A stretch of 64,000 nt of DNA, from contig CP060759.1 of NCBI GenBank assembly GCA_023205875.1, positions 496,001-560,000 of the forward strand. Reading direction: 5' to 3'. Below, piece after piece: positions 50,778-62,048 of this stretch. Source of the stretch: Chloropicon primus. Lineage: Eukaryota. How positions within the stretch are numbered: the first letter of the stretch is position 1; every line of letters begins with the position of its first letter. Both the position numbers and the translations under genes were made by a program. The notes beneath the pieces are model-generated. The model saw only the letters and a program-made list of their open reading frames with translations. It did not search any database and was not told where the DNA came from.

Positions 50778-51673
50778 ATGGTGAGTGGATCGAGGATTGC
50801 CTCTCTGCTGAGATGTTTTCGGACTGACTTGGCTTCCGTGTCTTCTTGTGTAACTCTCTCTTCTCGACTCGAGGCTGAGGCAAACGTGCGATACATAGGT
50901 CTGGCCCGTCTGAAGGACGGCCTGCTCCTGGCGTCACAAAAGGGGAAGAAAGTTCCGAGCCCTTCAAAGGTAAGATCACTTCAAAGGCACGATCGCTCCT
51001 CTCGTCAGGGTTTGACAGCCAACCAACCAACCAACCAACGCTTTTTCCCATGAATATGATATGATATGATATGATATGATATGATATGAAGATCGACGAC
51101 ACGGTGTCTCGAGTTCTCGCGAGTGGAAACTTGACCTCCGGGCAACGGCTTAGCATAACAGTGGACAAAGTGATTGGAACGCTCCACATCCTGACGAATA
51201 GCTCGGACGCCGTGCTGGGAGTGTTCTCGGAGGCGGTGCCGCGGAGGTCGGCCTTCGAGGTGCTGGAGAGCACGTCTGCTTTTGTCAAGGACCAAGTCAC
51301 GCCGGACCTTTTAGCTGGAGCGACCAAGGAGGGAGACCTGGACCGCTTCTGCAAGGAGAAGTTCAGGGACATCTGCACCAAGCACAGAAACTTGGGTTCG
51401 GACAAGATGTCAAAGATTGGGGTGAAGATCGAGGAGGTGAAGATGGTCGTCGAGCAAAACATAAACCGCGTGCTTCAAAACGCCGAGGACCTGGAGGCAG
51501 TGGAGACGAAGAGTGAGATCCTGAGGCAGGACGCTCAGCAGTTTCAGAGGAGGGGCGAGAACATAAAGAGGGCCTTGTGGTGGAGGAACTTCAAGCTCAA
51601 GTGCACCATAGGCCTCCTCATAGCGGTGGTACTGTGCTACATCTTCATTCCGATCATCTCGAAGCAAATGTAG
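50778..51673 (+). CDS. Longin R-SNARE (VAMP7-like); intron 50970-51091 and possibly 50781-50873
   Basis: Synaptobrevin coil KIEEVKMVVEQNINRVLQNAEDLE...WWRNFKLK plus C-terminal TM; longin-like N-terminus VRYIGLARLKD. Confidence 0.85.
51054..51088. repeat. (ATATG)n pentanucleotide repeat immediately before the 3' splice site of the SNARE intron
   Basis: Read directly. Confidence 0.9.
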
Positions 51674-51813
51674 AACAACACTTAACAAGCTTGAACTGTG
51701 AAATATTGGATAGTTAGGTCACCGTTACCTTCAACAACCCAGGACTCTCCTCCTCTCTCTATATATATATCATTGTATCAATCTCTCAATCTATATATAG
51801 CTTAGCTTATCGT

Positions 51814-52447
51814 TCACTCGACCTGGAACTCGCCGTCAACGCACACGACCGAGCCGGTGTAGCTCGGGGTGGTGATGTCAATCTGGAAGCCATACTTTCC
51901 CTACAAAAATGTTGGAACAAAGATGGTCAGTAAGCAATTCGTTTTCACCCTTTCCTGAGTTCCCCACTTACCTTTGGCACCTCGTTCGGGATGCTCTCCG
52001 GCAAGGACACGGACACAGGTCCTTGGTTGATAGGGCATTGGTAGTAGTCGCAAAGGTTGAGGTGGGTATGGAACACGGTGATGAAACCCTTCTTAATCTT
52101 GATGCTGATGTCAGCGTTGTTCACCGTGATGGCTGCAAGCGAGAAGAACGGAGAGAAAACAAAAAGAAAAATGTGTCAACAATTTTGCTGCAAAGCGAGA
52201 GAAGAACCAGCGAAGGACGAGCAAGGGGATACTCCAAGCCTCCCAAAGTTGTTGACGTGCACTCACATGAAGTTCCCGACAAGGAGAAGGTCGTATCGGA
52301 CCCTTTCTCGATTGGGTAGGGCTCAATATCCACGGAGTCGAGCTCAAAGGCGTACTGGTTGCCCGAGCAGTAGTCCCACTGAGGTCCTTGGGCACTGGCC
52401 GCCAGGACGGTGGCCGAAAAAACGAGAGCCAAGAGAGCAAACTTCAT
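51814..52447 (-). CDS. ML-domain (NPC2/MD-2-related) lipid-binding protein, secreted (3 exons)
   Basis: Spliced product has a signal peptide, WDYC...VDIEPYPIEKG, NLCDYYQCPINQG, IPNEVPKGKY and VVCVDGEF. Confidence 0.85.
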
Positions 52448-52899
52448 CTTCTTTTGAGGACAAGACAAGCGGTAGCGGTAGTAGCAAGGGACTGACTTTG
52501 CTGAGAGACTGACGGGCTAGGCTCTTCTCCCTTTTTCACGTCGTTTGGCCGAATTCTGTCCTACCCTCCAGGCTGGACTGGAAAATGGTGATCAGGAGAG
52601 GAGAGGAGACCTGGACAGGAGGGATGGACGCCAAAGGACAAGGGGGAGAGAAAGGTTACAGGTTCGTGACAAGCCACAGCAAACCCAGCCAGAGATTCAA
52701 TGCGCCGTGGACAAACGTGGATTTCTTGGGCCTTCCCCTCCTCGAGGATGAGGACGAGGACGAGGAGAATGATCAGCAGTGGCATCAGCAGTGGCAGTGG
52801 CATCAGCAGTGGCAGGGAAGAAAGGACTGGGGTTAGCTCGGGGTGGACGTCAAAGGACGATGCAGGTCGCGAGTTCATTTTATTCGTTAGGTATTAATT

Positions 52900-54066
52900 C
52901 TAGTGTACAAAGTCCAAAGACTCGCAGCCCTTTGGGCTCAAATTCATTTTCTCAAGGTAGGCTCTGTTGTGAAACTTGCTCAGATGCCTCTGCCCACCGT
53001 CGCAAAGTACTGTTACAATTGTGTGTCCTGGCCCCAACTTCCTCGCCACCTTCAGAGCCCCGACGCAGTTCATGGCCGAAGAGCTGCCCACGAAGAGCCC
53101 GTCTTCCCTCACAAGCCACCTCGACATCTCCACCGCTTCCATGTCAGTGCCCTGGAAAGCCCCGTCAATAAGGGGCTCGCCCTCCATGAAGTTTCGAGTC
53201 AGGCGGTTGATCCCTATCCCCTCCGTGATCGTGTCGAAGGGGTTCTTCAGCCTCTTCCCCTCGGCTTCCACGTTCGTGTACATCACCCCGCGCTTGACTC
53301 GATTGTACAGGCTCGAGCCCGGGGGATCGATCAAGTAGACGGACACGCCGTCCAGCTTCGACTTGAGGTACGTGGATATGCCAGCGATGGTGCCTCCGGT
53401 TCCAGCTGCTGCCACAAACGCGTCGATCTTCCCGTTCGTTTGCTCGAAAATCTCTCTACCGGTCTTCAAGTGCGCCCGAAAGTTCGCCAAGTTCTCAAAC
53501 TGGTTGGAGAAGAATCCTCCCTTGGTGGACTGAGCTTTCCTTCGTGCCAGATTGACGAAGTGGTCCCTATGGGAAATGGAGACCGGCCTAACCCTATCCA
53601 CCGACGCCCCATAAGCCTGGAGAAGCTCCGCCTTCTCTATCGCTGCGTCGTCAGGGAGGTACACGTGGCACTTGCAGCCAAGTGCTGCAGTGACAAGGGA
53701 CAGGCTCACACCAGTGCTGCCCGCCGTCCCCTCGAACACAGTTCCTCCTTCCTTCAGTTCCCCGCTCGACAGGCCTTCCTTCACGATCTGCAGCGCTACC
53801 CTGTCCTTGATGCTCCCTCCTGGGTTCACGAACTCCGCCTTGCCCAAGATCTCGCACCCTGTGGCATCAGACAGGCTGTTGATGCGTACGAGAGGAGTGT
53901 TCCCTATCAGGTCGACGACGTTGCTCGAGCTGGGAACGCACGCATTGGATGGAGTGGCACGGCGCCGGGACCTTCCCAGCCAGTAGCCTACCGCGAGCCC
54001 GGCGCCGAGGACGAGGACGTACCCAACCTGCCGAGAAAGGGACGCAGACAAAGCCAAAGCCTTCAT
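52900..54066 (-). CDS. Cysteine synthase-like PLP enzyme with N-terminal membrane anchor
   Basis: IGNTPLVRI, NPGGSIKDR (PLP Lys), GTGGT, DTITEGIG and LCDGGQRHLSKF motifs. Confidence 0.9.
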   Translation of the reverse strand: MKALALSASLSRQVGYVLVLGAGLAVGYWLGRSRRRATPSNACVPSSSNVVDLIGNTPLVRINSLSDATGCEILGKAEFVNPGGSIKDRVALQIVKEGLSSGELKEGGTVFEGTAGSTGVSLSLVTAALGCKCHVYLPDDAAIEKAELLQAYGASVDRVRPVSISHRDHFVNLARRKAQSTKGGFFSNQFENLANFRAHLKTGREIFEQTNGKIDAFVAAAGTGGTIAGISTYLKSKLDGVSVYLIDPPGSSLYNRVKRGVMYTNVEAEGKRLKNPFDTITEGIGINRLTRNFMEGEPLIDGAFQGTDMEAVEMSRWLVREDGLFVGSSSAMNCVGALKVARKLGPGHTIVTVLCDGGQRHLSKFHNRAYLEKMNLSPKGCESLDFVH

Positions 54067-54163
54067 CGTCGTCGCAGACCTCCAGCATCTCTCTTTAAGG
54101 AATTGGGCAGCCAGCAGCCAGCAGACCTGCGATGTGATGGAAAAGGAGTGGATGAAAGTGGAG

Positions 54164-56269
54164 TTACGATGATGGGTTTAATGGATTGACCCTCTTTGCC
54201 TGCCCCGCCTCGACCTGGTTGGCCCGCTTTGCGAAGTTGAGGGAGGACATGGTCTCCGAGGCCGAGCTCTCCTCCGGCGAAATGTTGCAGACCATGAGGA
54301 CCTTGGAGTTGCCGGACAGGGAGTCCTGGAGCAACTGGGTGAGCTTGCTGTTCCTGTAGGGAGTGTGGGAAGACTTCTGCTGCAGGCTCGCGATGACGTC
54401 TCCCAGAGCCGAAAGCGATTTGTTGATCGCCTGGGCTTCCTTGAGGTGGACTCCCTGCACGCCGGACTTCGCAACTCGCTCCGAGCCGGCCAGGTCCACC
54501 AAGTGCAGCACCGGCGCGGGGGCCTCGGCGTCGTTCGCATCGCAGTACCTGATGCTTATCACGGCATGAGATCTGCTGCTGTGATCATTCAGGGAGTGCG
54601 ATGTTGTGGCTCTCTTTCTCGTTCCCTGCTCGATGAGTGCCTCGATCTCGCTCACTCTCGTCACCGTCTTCTTCGTGAGACCGGGAACGCGTTCCATGTT
54701 GGGACCCAGCTGGTGAGGTCCGAGGGCGCAGATGTCCAAATTCTTGTGGCTCGCAGAAGACATCAGGTCCTTAACGCCCTCGTTGTAAACTTCCAACATG
54801 CTGAACTCGATCCTCCTTTCGACTCCTGTCTCCTGTGATTGCCTCGAGTGCTGAAACAAGAAATGAAGGACCCTGGGAGCGATGCCGGGGCTTTCGTTTG
54901 TTCCTTGCATCGTGAACGTCTTCCCGCTCCCCGTTTGCCCGTAAGCAAAGATGCAGGCGTTGTACCCGTCGACAAAGGACATGACGAGAGGCAAGATCTC
55001 CTCGAAAACTTCTTCCTGGGTGGAGTCTCCCCCAAAGCACGAGTTGTACTCGAAATCGATGTTTCTTTTGCTCTTTCTCAGCCTGATCATTCCTGGCAGC
55101 GGCATGGTGGTCGCGACATTCTCGGAGGCATCGCCCAGCAAGGGTCGAACCCTGCACAAGACTCGAATGTTTCCCCTTAACTGCTGCAGCTGCTCGTGAG
55201 TTTTCCTCCTGGTTTCCCTCTCCTGCATGAACTTGCCTCTCCAGAATTCCACCCCGCTCGGCACCAGGTCCTTGTTGTTGACGAATTCCCTTATCTCACC
55301 GAGTACCGTTCTGCTCGTTTCGTCTGGTGGGCACCACGCGGAAGCGATCGGGTCGCCCTCGCTCAATCCGTCGAGAATGCCCAGCAGCTGGTCGAAGAGC
55401 TCTTGGCAGTACGCAAATTTGCTCAGCTCGTCCTCGGTCATCAGGGCGCCCGCCCCCGCCGCGTCGTTGTTGTTGGTGATCACAGAACTCAGCACAAACG
55501 TTTTGAAGAGAACGCTGTGGAAGACCTTGATTTGTGAGGGAGCCTTGCTCGAGTCTCTCCCGCCCGTGCTGAGCCACTCGTACAAGTCGTGCAGCTGCAG
55601 CAAGCACTGCTCGTACTGCTCGAGGTCGCGGCCAAATTCGCCGCCAGCACTCTTCTTGGCGCCTGAGCGGTCGCCGTGCTGGCGCCCAAGCTTCGCGTCA
55701 CGGAACACCTCCTCAAAGCTCCCCCGCGCTTGACCCCCAACCCTCCACTTGTTCCACACGGCCTCGACCGTTCTCACGACGCCGCCCCCGTACTCAGCGT
55801 GAGCGAAGCAGCGTCGCAGAACGCCCTCCGTTGTCCCGGAGTACGCGAAAGGAAGCAAGGCCGACCTAGCCATCGCGGCATCCGGCCCGCGCTCCGCTCG
55901 CCTCATGCAGTTGTCGAGCAGAAGGAAAACGTTCTGGAGGATCTCTGGGGACCCCTCTCGGAGAAGCCCGTCTCCCACGTACTCGGTGAAAGCGCACAGA
56001 CAACTCCTCAAAATCGCGTACTGCTCCTTGTCCCTGGCGACGAGGCGGCCGACGGCCAAGGAGCTCAAAGCGTTCGAAAGCGAATCCGGCCCGGGGTCGG
56101 CCACACCCTCTCCCCCTCGCTCGCACGAGTCCTCCAACCCCTCCTCGACCGCCATGGCACGAAGCCACCTCCCATGCTGCGTCCTCAAGCCGTCTTCCCC
56201 GTCCCTCCCGCCCGACAAAACCGCACCAGAAACCGCCCCGCACGTCACCCTTATCGTCGCCATCGCCAT
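54164..56269 (-). CDS. Kinesin-14 family C-terminal motor protein
   Basis: Neck LRGNIRVLCRVRP, P-loop GQTGSGKT, SSRSH, LVDLAGSER and INKSLSALGDVI. Confidence 0.92.
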   Translation of the reverse strand: MAMATIRVTCGAVSGAVLSGGRDGEDGLRTQHGRWLRAMAVEEGLEDSCERGGEGVADPGPDSLSNALSSLAVGRLVARDKEQYAILRSCLCAFTEYVGDGLLREGSPEILQNVFLLLDNCMRRAERGPDAAMARSALLPFAYSGTTEGVLRRCFAHAEYGGGVVRTVEAVWNKWRVGGQARGSFEEVFRDAKLGRQHGDRSGAKKSAGGEFGRDLEQYEQCLLQLHDLYEWLSTGGRDSSKAPSQIKVFHSVLFKTFVLSSVITNNNDAAGAGALMTEDELSKFAYCQELFDQLLGILDGLSEGDPIASAWCPPDETSRTVLGEIREFVNNKDLVPSGVEFWRGKFMQERETRRKTHEQLQQLRGNIRVLCRVRPLLGDASENVATTMPLPGMIRLRKSKRNIDFEYNSCFGGDSTQEEVFEEILPLVMSFVDGYNACIFAYGQTGSGKTFTMQGTNESPGIAPRVLHFLFQHSRQSQETGVERRIEFSMLEVYNEGVKDLMSSASHKNLDICALGPHQLGPNMERVPGLTKKTVTRVSEIEALIEQGTRKRATTSHSLNDHSSRSHAVISIRYCDANDAEAPAPVLHLVDLAGSERVAKSGVQGVHLKEAQAINKSLSALGDVIASLQQKSSHTPYRNSKLTQLLQDSLSGNSKVLMVCNISPEESSASETMSSLNFAKRANQVEAGQAKRVNPLNPSS

Positions 56270-56974
56270 CGTCCTGGCTCCTCTCCTGTCTGTCAATCAG
56301 GCCAGCCGTTTTGAATTCTTGACAAATTAACGCCCGAGCACGAGGTTTTTGGAACGAGGAAAGGAAAGGAAAGGAAAGGAAAGGACGCGAGGTGACACAA
56401 AGGGGTGAGTCCAGGGCGGCAGAGGAAGCTGGAGAAGGAGGGCAAGAGGCAGAGGAAGCTGGAGCAGAAGGAGCTGCTGCTGGAACTGGCGCAGAAGAAG
56501 CTGCAGCTGGAAAAGCAGGAGTGGAAAGGTGCACGACTACTCGAAGAGGGAGGAGCTGCAACTGGAGTGTGGGAGAGGCTTGAGGAGAGGAAGGCGGGGC
56601 AGGAGCGGGACAATCCTGGAACAGGAGAAGCAGGATCGTGAGTGCAAGCAGAAGGAGCTGCAACAGGAGTGGAAGTTGCTTGTCAAAGAAGAGCTTCAAT
56701 GAGTATTCTTCGAATTTCGAATTTTAACTTGCTGCTTTACGACAGACGGATATATCGGACAAGCGCCTGAGTGGGGAAAGGCGAAAGGCGAGGACTGTGG
56801 AAGGGAAGGGGACCGAGGGGCGCCCCTTGGAGGGAGGGACGGAGTTCTGGACGAAGCTGCAACTCGCGGGCTTTCGATTTCGACCCCGCTCGACCCTTGT
56901 GGACGCGGCAGATTGATTGGGACAAGGGAGGGACAAAGGTGTGTGTGTGTGTGGCGTCCTCCTGCTGGTGCACG

Positions 56975-58255
56975 ATGTTAGGGGAGGGGGACGTGGAAGC
57001 GGACCTGAGGGCGAGGAGGGAGGACTTGAAGGAGATCACCATTCAGGTGCGTGAGATCCAAAGGTCCCTCGCTAAGGAGCTCAAGCAGAACAAGTTTTGG
57101 AAAGCCCAGCGTGAGCGTGAGCTTAGCTTTCTGGGAGCGAGCAGCAAGGGAGGGACGAGGGGGGAGGTGCCGATGCTTGCGCAGAGGCAGCACAAGGAGA
57201 ACTTGACTCCGTCGAAGGCCGAGGGGCCGAGGGCGACGCCTTCTCCTTCTCCTGCCAGGGCGAAGACGGGGAGGAAGAAGACGACCCCGGCGGGACAGCA
57301 ACTTGTTCTTCGGGAGCAGAACGAGGGGGCACTGACGGAAAGGGCCGAGGGGGGCGTGCAGCTTCGAGCGGCCAAGGAGGAGGGCCGCTACGAGGAGTCT
57401 CTTCGGTTGCTGAACGAGAGGCTCTCGAACGAGATCGAGACGCACATGGAGACGCACGAGAGCCTGGAGAGCCTGCGCGACGAGCTGGAGGACTCCAAGG
57501 GGAGGGAGAGAGAGGCCAACAAACGCGTCGAAACGCTGCTTTCGGAGATGAAGGCTGCGAGAGCACAGCAGCACCACCGCGAGTCAGAGTTTGGGATCAA
57601 CCTCATGAAGCACCAGACGTTCCTTCAGGAGGAGAGGATGCAGAGGTTTCAGGTCGAGAAAGACCTTCACAGGGTGTTGCGGCAGAACCAAAGTCTGCAG
57701 AAGACTCTGAAGAAGCTGACTTGCGTCGCGCAGGAGAAGGAGGACAAGTTAGCATGCTTGTCCAAAGAGCTGGAAGAGAGCAAGGGGAGCCCGGCGGCAG
57801 GGGTGGCCATGATGGGTGCGCGTGCGGAAGGACCAGGCCACGAGGAGCTCGGGCAAGCGCCCGCCACAGACTCTGGCTCGTCCGTCCAGGAGGAGCTCCT
57901 CCAGCACCTGAGAGAACAGCTCGAGGAAGCAGCCGAGACGGCTCAGATACACCAAGAGGACGCGGAGGCGAAGGAGATGCACTGCACGTTCTTGCAAGAG
58001 CAATTGAGCCTGGCGGAGAGCAGCATCGTCGACAAGGAGAGGGAAGTGGAGGAGCGTTGCAGCGCAAAGTTGAAAGACCTCGAGGCGACTTCTTTGAACT
58101 TCATGCAGGTAAACGAGGATCTCATCAACGAATTGGAGGGGAAAGAGGACGAGCTCAACAGGAAGAACGCTGAGATCGAGGGTCTTGAGCAAGAGCTGAT
58201 GCAGAAAGACGGCATCATCAACTTGCTCCGAGAAACGATCGAGGGCATGAAGTAA
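56975..58255 (+). CDS. Coiled-coil protein of unknown function (start uncertain)
   Basis: Long E/K/L-rich heptad ORF with GC3 bias. Confidence 0.7.
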   Translation: MLGEGDVEADLRARREDLKEITIQVREIQRSLAKELKQNKFWKAQRERELSFLGASSKGGTRGEVPMLAQRQHKENLTPSKAEGPRATPSPSPARAKTGRKKTTPAGQQLVLREQNEGALTERAEGGVQLRAAKEEGRYEESLRLLNERLSNEIETHMETHESLESLRDELEDSKGREREANKRVETLLSEMKAARAQQHHRESEFGINLMKHQTFLQEERMQRFQVEKDLHRVLRQNQSLQKTLKKLTCVAQEKEDKLACLSKELEESKGSPAAGVAMMGARAEGPGHEELGQAPATDSGSSVQEELLQHLREQLEEAAETAQIHQEDAEAKEMHCTFLQEQLSLAESSIVDKEREVEERCSAKLKDLEATSLNFMQVNEDLINELEGKEDELNRKNAEIEGLEQELMQKDGIINLLRETIEGMK

Positions 58256-58294
58256 TCTTTTAAAGCAAAGAAAAACCTTTTTGAACTGAAGAGC

Positions 58295-60987
58295 TCATTT
58301 TACGGGGAGCCACAAATCGTTCATCGCCTTCAAGAGGTGCTCACGTGACGTGTGTTCCGGCGGCTCCGTCAGGAGTGCCGCCCGCAGATCCTTTCGGTAC
58401 GCCCTTAAGCTACGAGAGTCATTCTCCATGAGGGAATTCACACCCACGAACCCTGGGTCAAGAATCATCTTCGCAAACGAGCTGTCGTTTTCCTGGCCTG
58501 CACCCTTGGGGTCATAATAAGATCTCGCAAGGTATCGCAAATCCACCTTTTGAGTTGTGACACTCTTCTCGTTTCCTCTCGGCTTGGAGTAGCCTCGACC
58601 ACCTTCCTCGCCGGACAGGACAGCAGGGGTCGTCCTGTAAGGTAACTCTTCAGGTTTGACTTCCTCCTCGTAGTACTCCTCTTCCTCCTCATGGTACTCC
58701 TTCTCCTCCTCGCTCGAGTAATCAAGCTCGCTGTTGCCCAAGGATGATACAGCGTACGAGTCCATCGATTCCTTGTCAAACACAGAATACAAGTGCTTCC
58801 ACGGCTTTTCCAATCCCCTTGATTGTGCATACTGATCTGCATAAGAGTACGTGAAAGCAATTTTATCATCAGAGTCCTCGAAGGACTGCGTGCAACCATT
58901 TTCGATCATTTTGTTCTTCACGATGGAGAGAAGCTCCGTGTAGGCCTATATATCATGAAAAGTGAAAGAGCGTGTCAGCGAGAAAATGAACGAGCCTGCC
59001 CGTTGTCGCCTCCCAAGCCACTCACCTCCTTTGGAATTCCCAGATGTTTTGCGATGACAAGGGCAATCTTCCTGGGGTTATCCCGTACGTGGACCGGGAT
59101 GCTCACAAATTTGCCCTGGTACCAAACCTCAAAATAAAACGCGATCCTAGACAGCACGCACTCTCTCTTCCTCTCCGACACATAGTGGCAACAGTGTGGA
59201 TCGAACTCGGTAGGGACTTCCATTCGATCGAGGTGCTTGGTGTAACCCTTTGGGTACTTCACGACTGCGAACTTCACGCAGTTTTGCTGATCTGCTGTTG
59301 ATCTGTGCGGCTTGCACAAGGCTTTTGGGGATTTCTTAACCTCCTTTTGGTGAACGACCATCGCCCTGCTGGAGCCCTTTGGCTTGGAAGCCGCCTTCAG
59401 GTGCTTCCTAAAACCTTTTGGGCGCTTGGGCAGGAGCTTGGGCGCAAAGGTGCAGTTCGACAATTCTTTCTCGTCCAGCTTTTCCCGAAGGAGGTCCGTT
59501 TTGTCTTTCACCCTCTTGTGGTGCGAGAGCTGGCCCTTGTAAAATCGCTGGAAAGATTTCCTGTCTCTCTTTGCCACAATCTCCCTGCCCTGGCTGACGG
59601 GCGAGGGCTCGGCTCTCAAGTTCGAGTAGGCCTGCTTGTTCACCAGTTTCATCTCGGCCACGGCCTCGAGGACCTTCCAGAACTCCACGTTGTCCCTGTC
59701 CTTCTTCTCGTTGAACATTTCTCTCATCTCCTGCTTCACGGCGCCGTTAAGGATGCAGCACTCCACCAGGATCATGAAATCGTGGAAAGAGGCTTTGGGG
59801 ACGACTTCTAGCTGCCCCCCGCTCCCCGCCTCGGTCACCTCCGCGGCCAAAATGTTCCACAGCCTTTCCACCAGCTGCTCCTCCTCGGGCAGGTACTTGA
59901 GGTACCGCACTCCCAGCTTGTCGAGAGGCGGGAGGATCTCGAACTCGATGACGACCCCGACAAAGTCCTCGTGCAGGAGGCTATCAGAGTTCGGGGCGTG
60001 TTTCTCCAGCCCAAGCATTGTCTGCCTCGACACGGTCTTCATCATGATGTTGAAGGACTGGTTGTTCATGCTGTAGCAGGACGTTCGATCGAGAATCTCC
60101 TGGTCGATGACTGCCTCCCTTTTCTTCTGCACCTTCCTTCTCACCGAGGCATCCTTGTAGAGGTGGTCGATCCATTCCCTGTGGCCTTTCTTCTCTGCCT
60201 TGTCCCTGTTGGCTTTCTTGCGCCTGCTCTTGTGTGGCGTCCTTAGGTCGAGTGCAAACGCCGGCAAGGGGGCGCCGTTCGGCAGGATCGATTCCCTCCT
60301 CCTCAACGAAGGCTTCTGCTTCTTGTCCTTCTGCTGTTTCAGGCGAGTGACGGCCCAAAGGCGCTCGAACACCTGCGTGTCGTCGTCCCCATCGTCTCCA
60401 TCGTCCCCAGCGAGTCCCCCCTCATCCTCCCCCTCCTCCGGTCGACCCATCGCACGATGACGCCTCCCCCTGGAATCACTCTTCGCCGCGAGGAGCCTTC
60501 CGAAGACGGGCAACTCGACCGTGCTCTCCGGGTCCCTCGACGCGCCCCCCCCGTCGTGCGTCCTCACGGCTGGCTTGAAGGTGCACTCCTCGAGCTCCTC
60601 GAGTGAGTGCAAGCGCCTCAGCTCCTCGATCGCGCTGTTCTTCTCCAGCTCTGAATTCAGCAGCCTCTCCTCCACGGAGCCCCTTCTCGACATCAGCTTC
60701 TTGGAGTACGTCGATATCTTCGGGCTGAACGTCACTTCCTTCAACTCAAGCTCCTCCCTTTCTCTCCGAATCTCGTCCGCCCTGGCCTCCTTCTTCTTCC
60801 TCCTCGGCTCTATCCTCTCATAGAGGGACTTCCTCCTCCCGCCTCGGCCAGCCCCCTTCTCCTTGCTCTCGTCCTCACCCCCAGCAGCGCTGGTACTCGC
60901 CACCGCCTCCCTCCACTCCCCCACATAGTCTCTGTTCTCCTCCCCCTCCTCCGGCCTCGTCCTGGGCCTCTCCCCTTCCCCAGACAT
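58295..60987 (-). CDS. Protein with three (E/N)xTFxP repeats, unknown function (exons 60987-59026, 58945-58295; may start further upstream)
   Basis: A GTGAGT...TAG intron joins two ORFs in frame; repeats LKEVTFSPKI, LEECTFKPAV and LSNCTFAPKL. Confidence 0.7.
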
Positions 60988-62048
60988 GGCCAATGAAACA
61001 AGGTCGCGTACAGGTGTCCCCGAACCCAATACCCTTGCCAAAGATCGTACCTTGGCGCCTGATCGAGCACCCCTCCTTGCTCCAGATCCCCTCACTCCCG
61101 ACGAGGGATCCCTTCTGTTCCCTTCCCACCCCACTAGACCCCCACCCCCGGCGACAAACGCGTCAAGCAAGGGATCAATCGAAAGCTCGTGAAGTGTACT
61201 TTCCCAATGTTGCCCTTCTTGTTCGCTTCCTTGCCCCGCAGCCACGCTCAGTGACGCCAATCCTCTCACTGGAGGGCGCTCCTCCTCCACCTCAATCCTC
61301 GTATTGTTCCCCTCATCACTAACGGTATAGAACTGTTCGGTCTTTCGCAGAACTTCTTCAGAAAGATTGCATCTTGGAGTGTAAACGAGTCATCGAAAGC
61401 CATCGGAGGGGGACGCTTGCTTGCTTGCTTGCTTTGGAGGGGAGCGAGATCGGTAAGAGTGGACGACAAGACGAAAGATGAGATCGTTCCTCTCGTCACG
61501 CTTCACGCTTCACGCTTTGGAACGACCTCCCTTTGCGGTACCCAAAGCTTTGGGTACGAAAGATTGCATCTTGGAGTGTAACCGGATGATAAATCCGTGC
61601 GGCGTCCCTCTCTCTCTTCTATTCAAATTGTCCGCGTGGGGAGTGTACCAAGCTCTCCATCATCTCCACAGGAGATTAGAAAAAACGACAGATAGAAGAG
61701 ACTGGCAGGCAGTCACTGAGTGGAGTGTGTGAGTGGAAGGGGACAGGGACCCACGAGGAGGGGAAGGCAAGGGAAGCGAGGGACAGAGCCTGAGGGAGGG
61801 GTAACCACAAGGCTTTACTTGCTTGGCTGGCTTGGGCTGGTCGACTGGCTGGGTGCTACTGGACTTTCTCGTCTCCTTTGTTTGAAGGGAGGGGCGGAGG
61901 TGAAGAGGTTGTTGGTTGTTGGTTGTTGGTTGTGGCGTTGTGCAAGGCATGACCACCTGGCTGGTGTTGTGCTGAGACTTTTCGTTTGCGAAGAAGGGTT
62001 GGGCTCGCTTCGCTTCGTTACGTTACGTTGTTGCTTCTGGAAGGCGCT

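Noticed and set aside
52585..52836. 83-aa ORF with QQWHQQW repeats
   Set aside because: Low-complexity, no domain, and it lies in the 3'/promoter gap of two minus-strand genes; cannot be supported as a gene.
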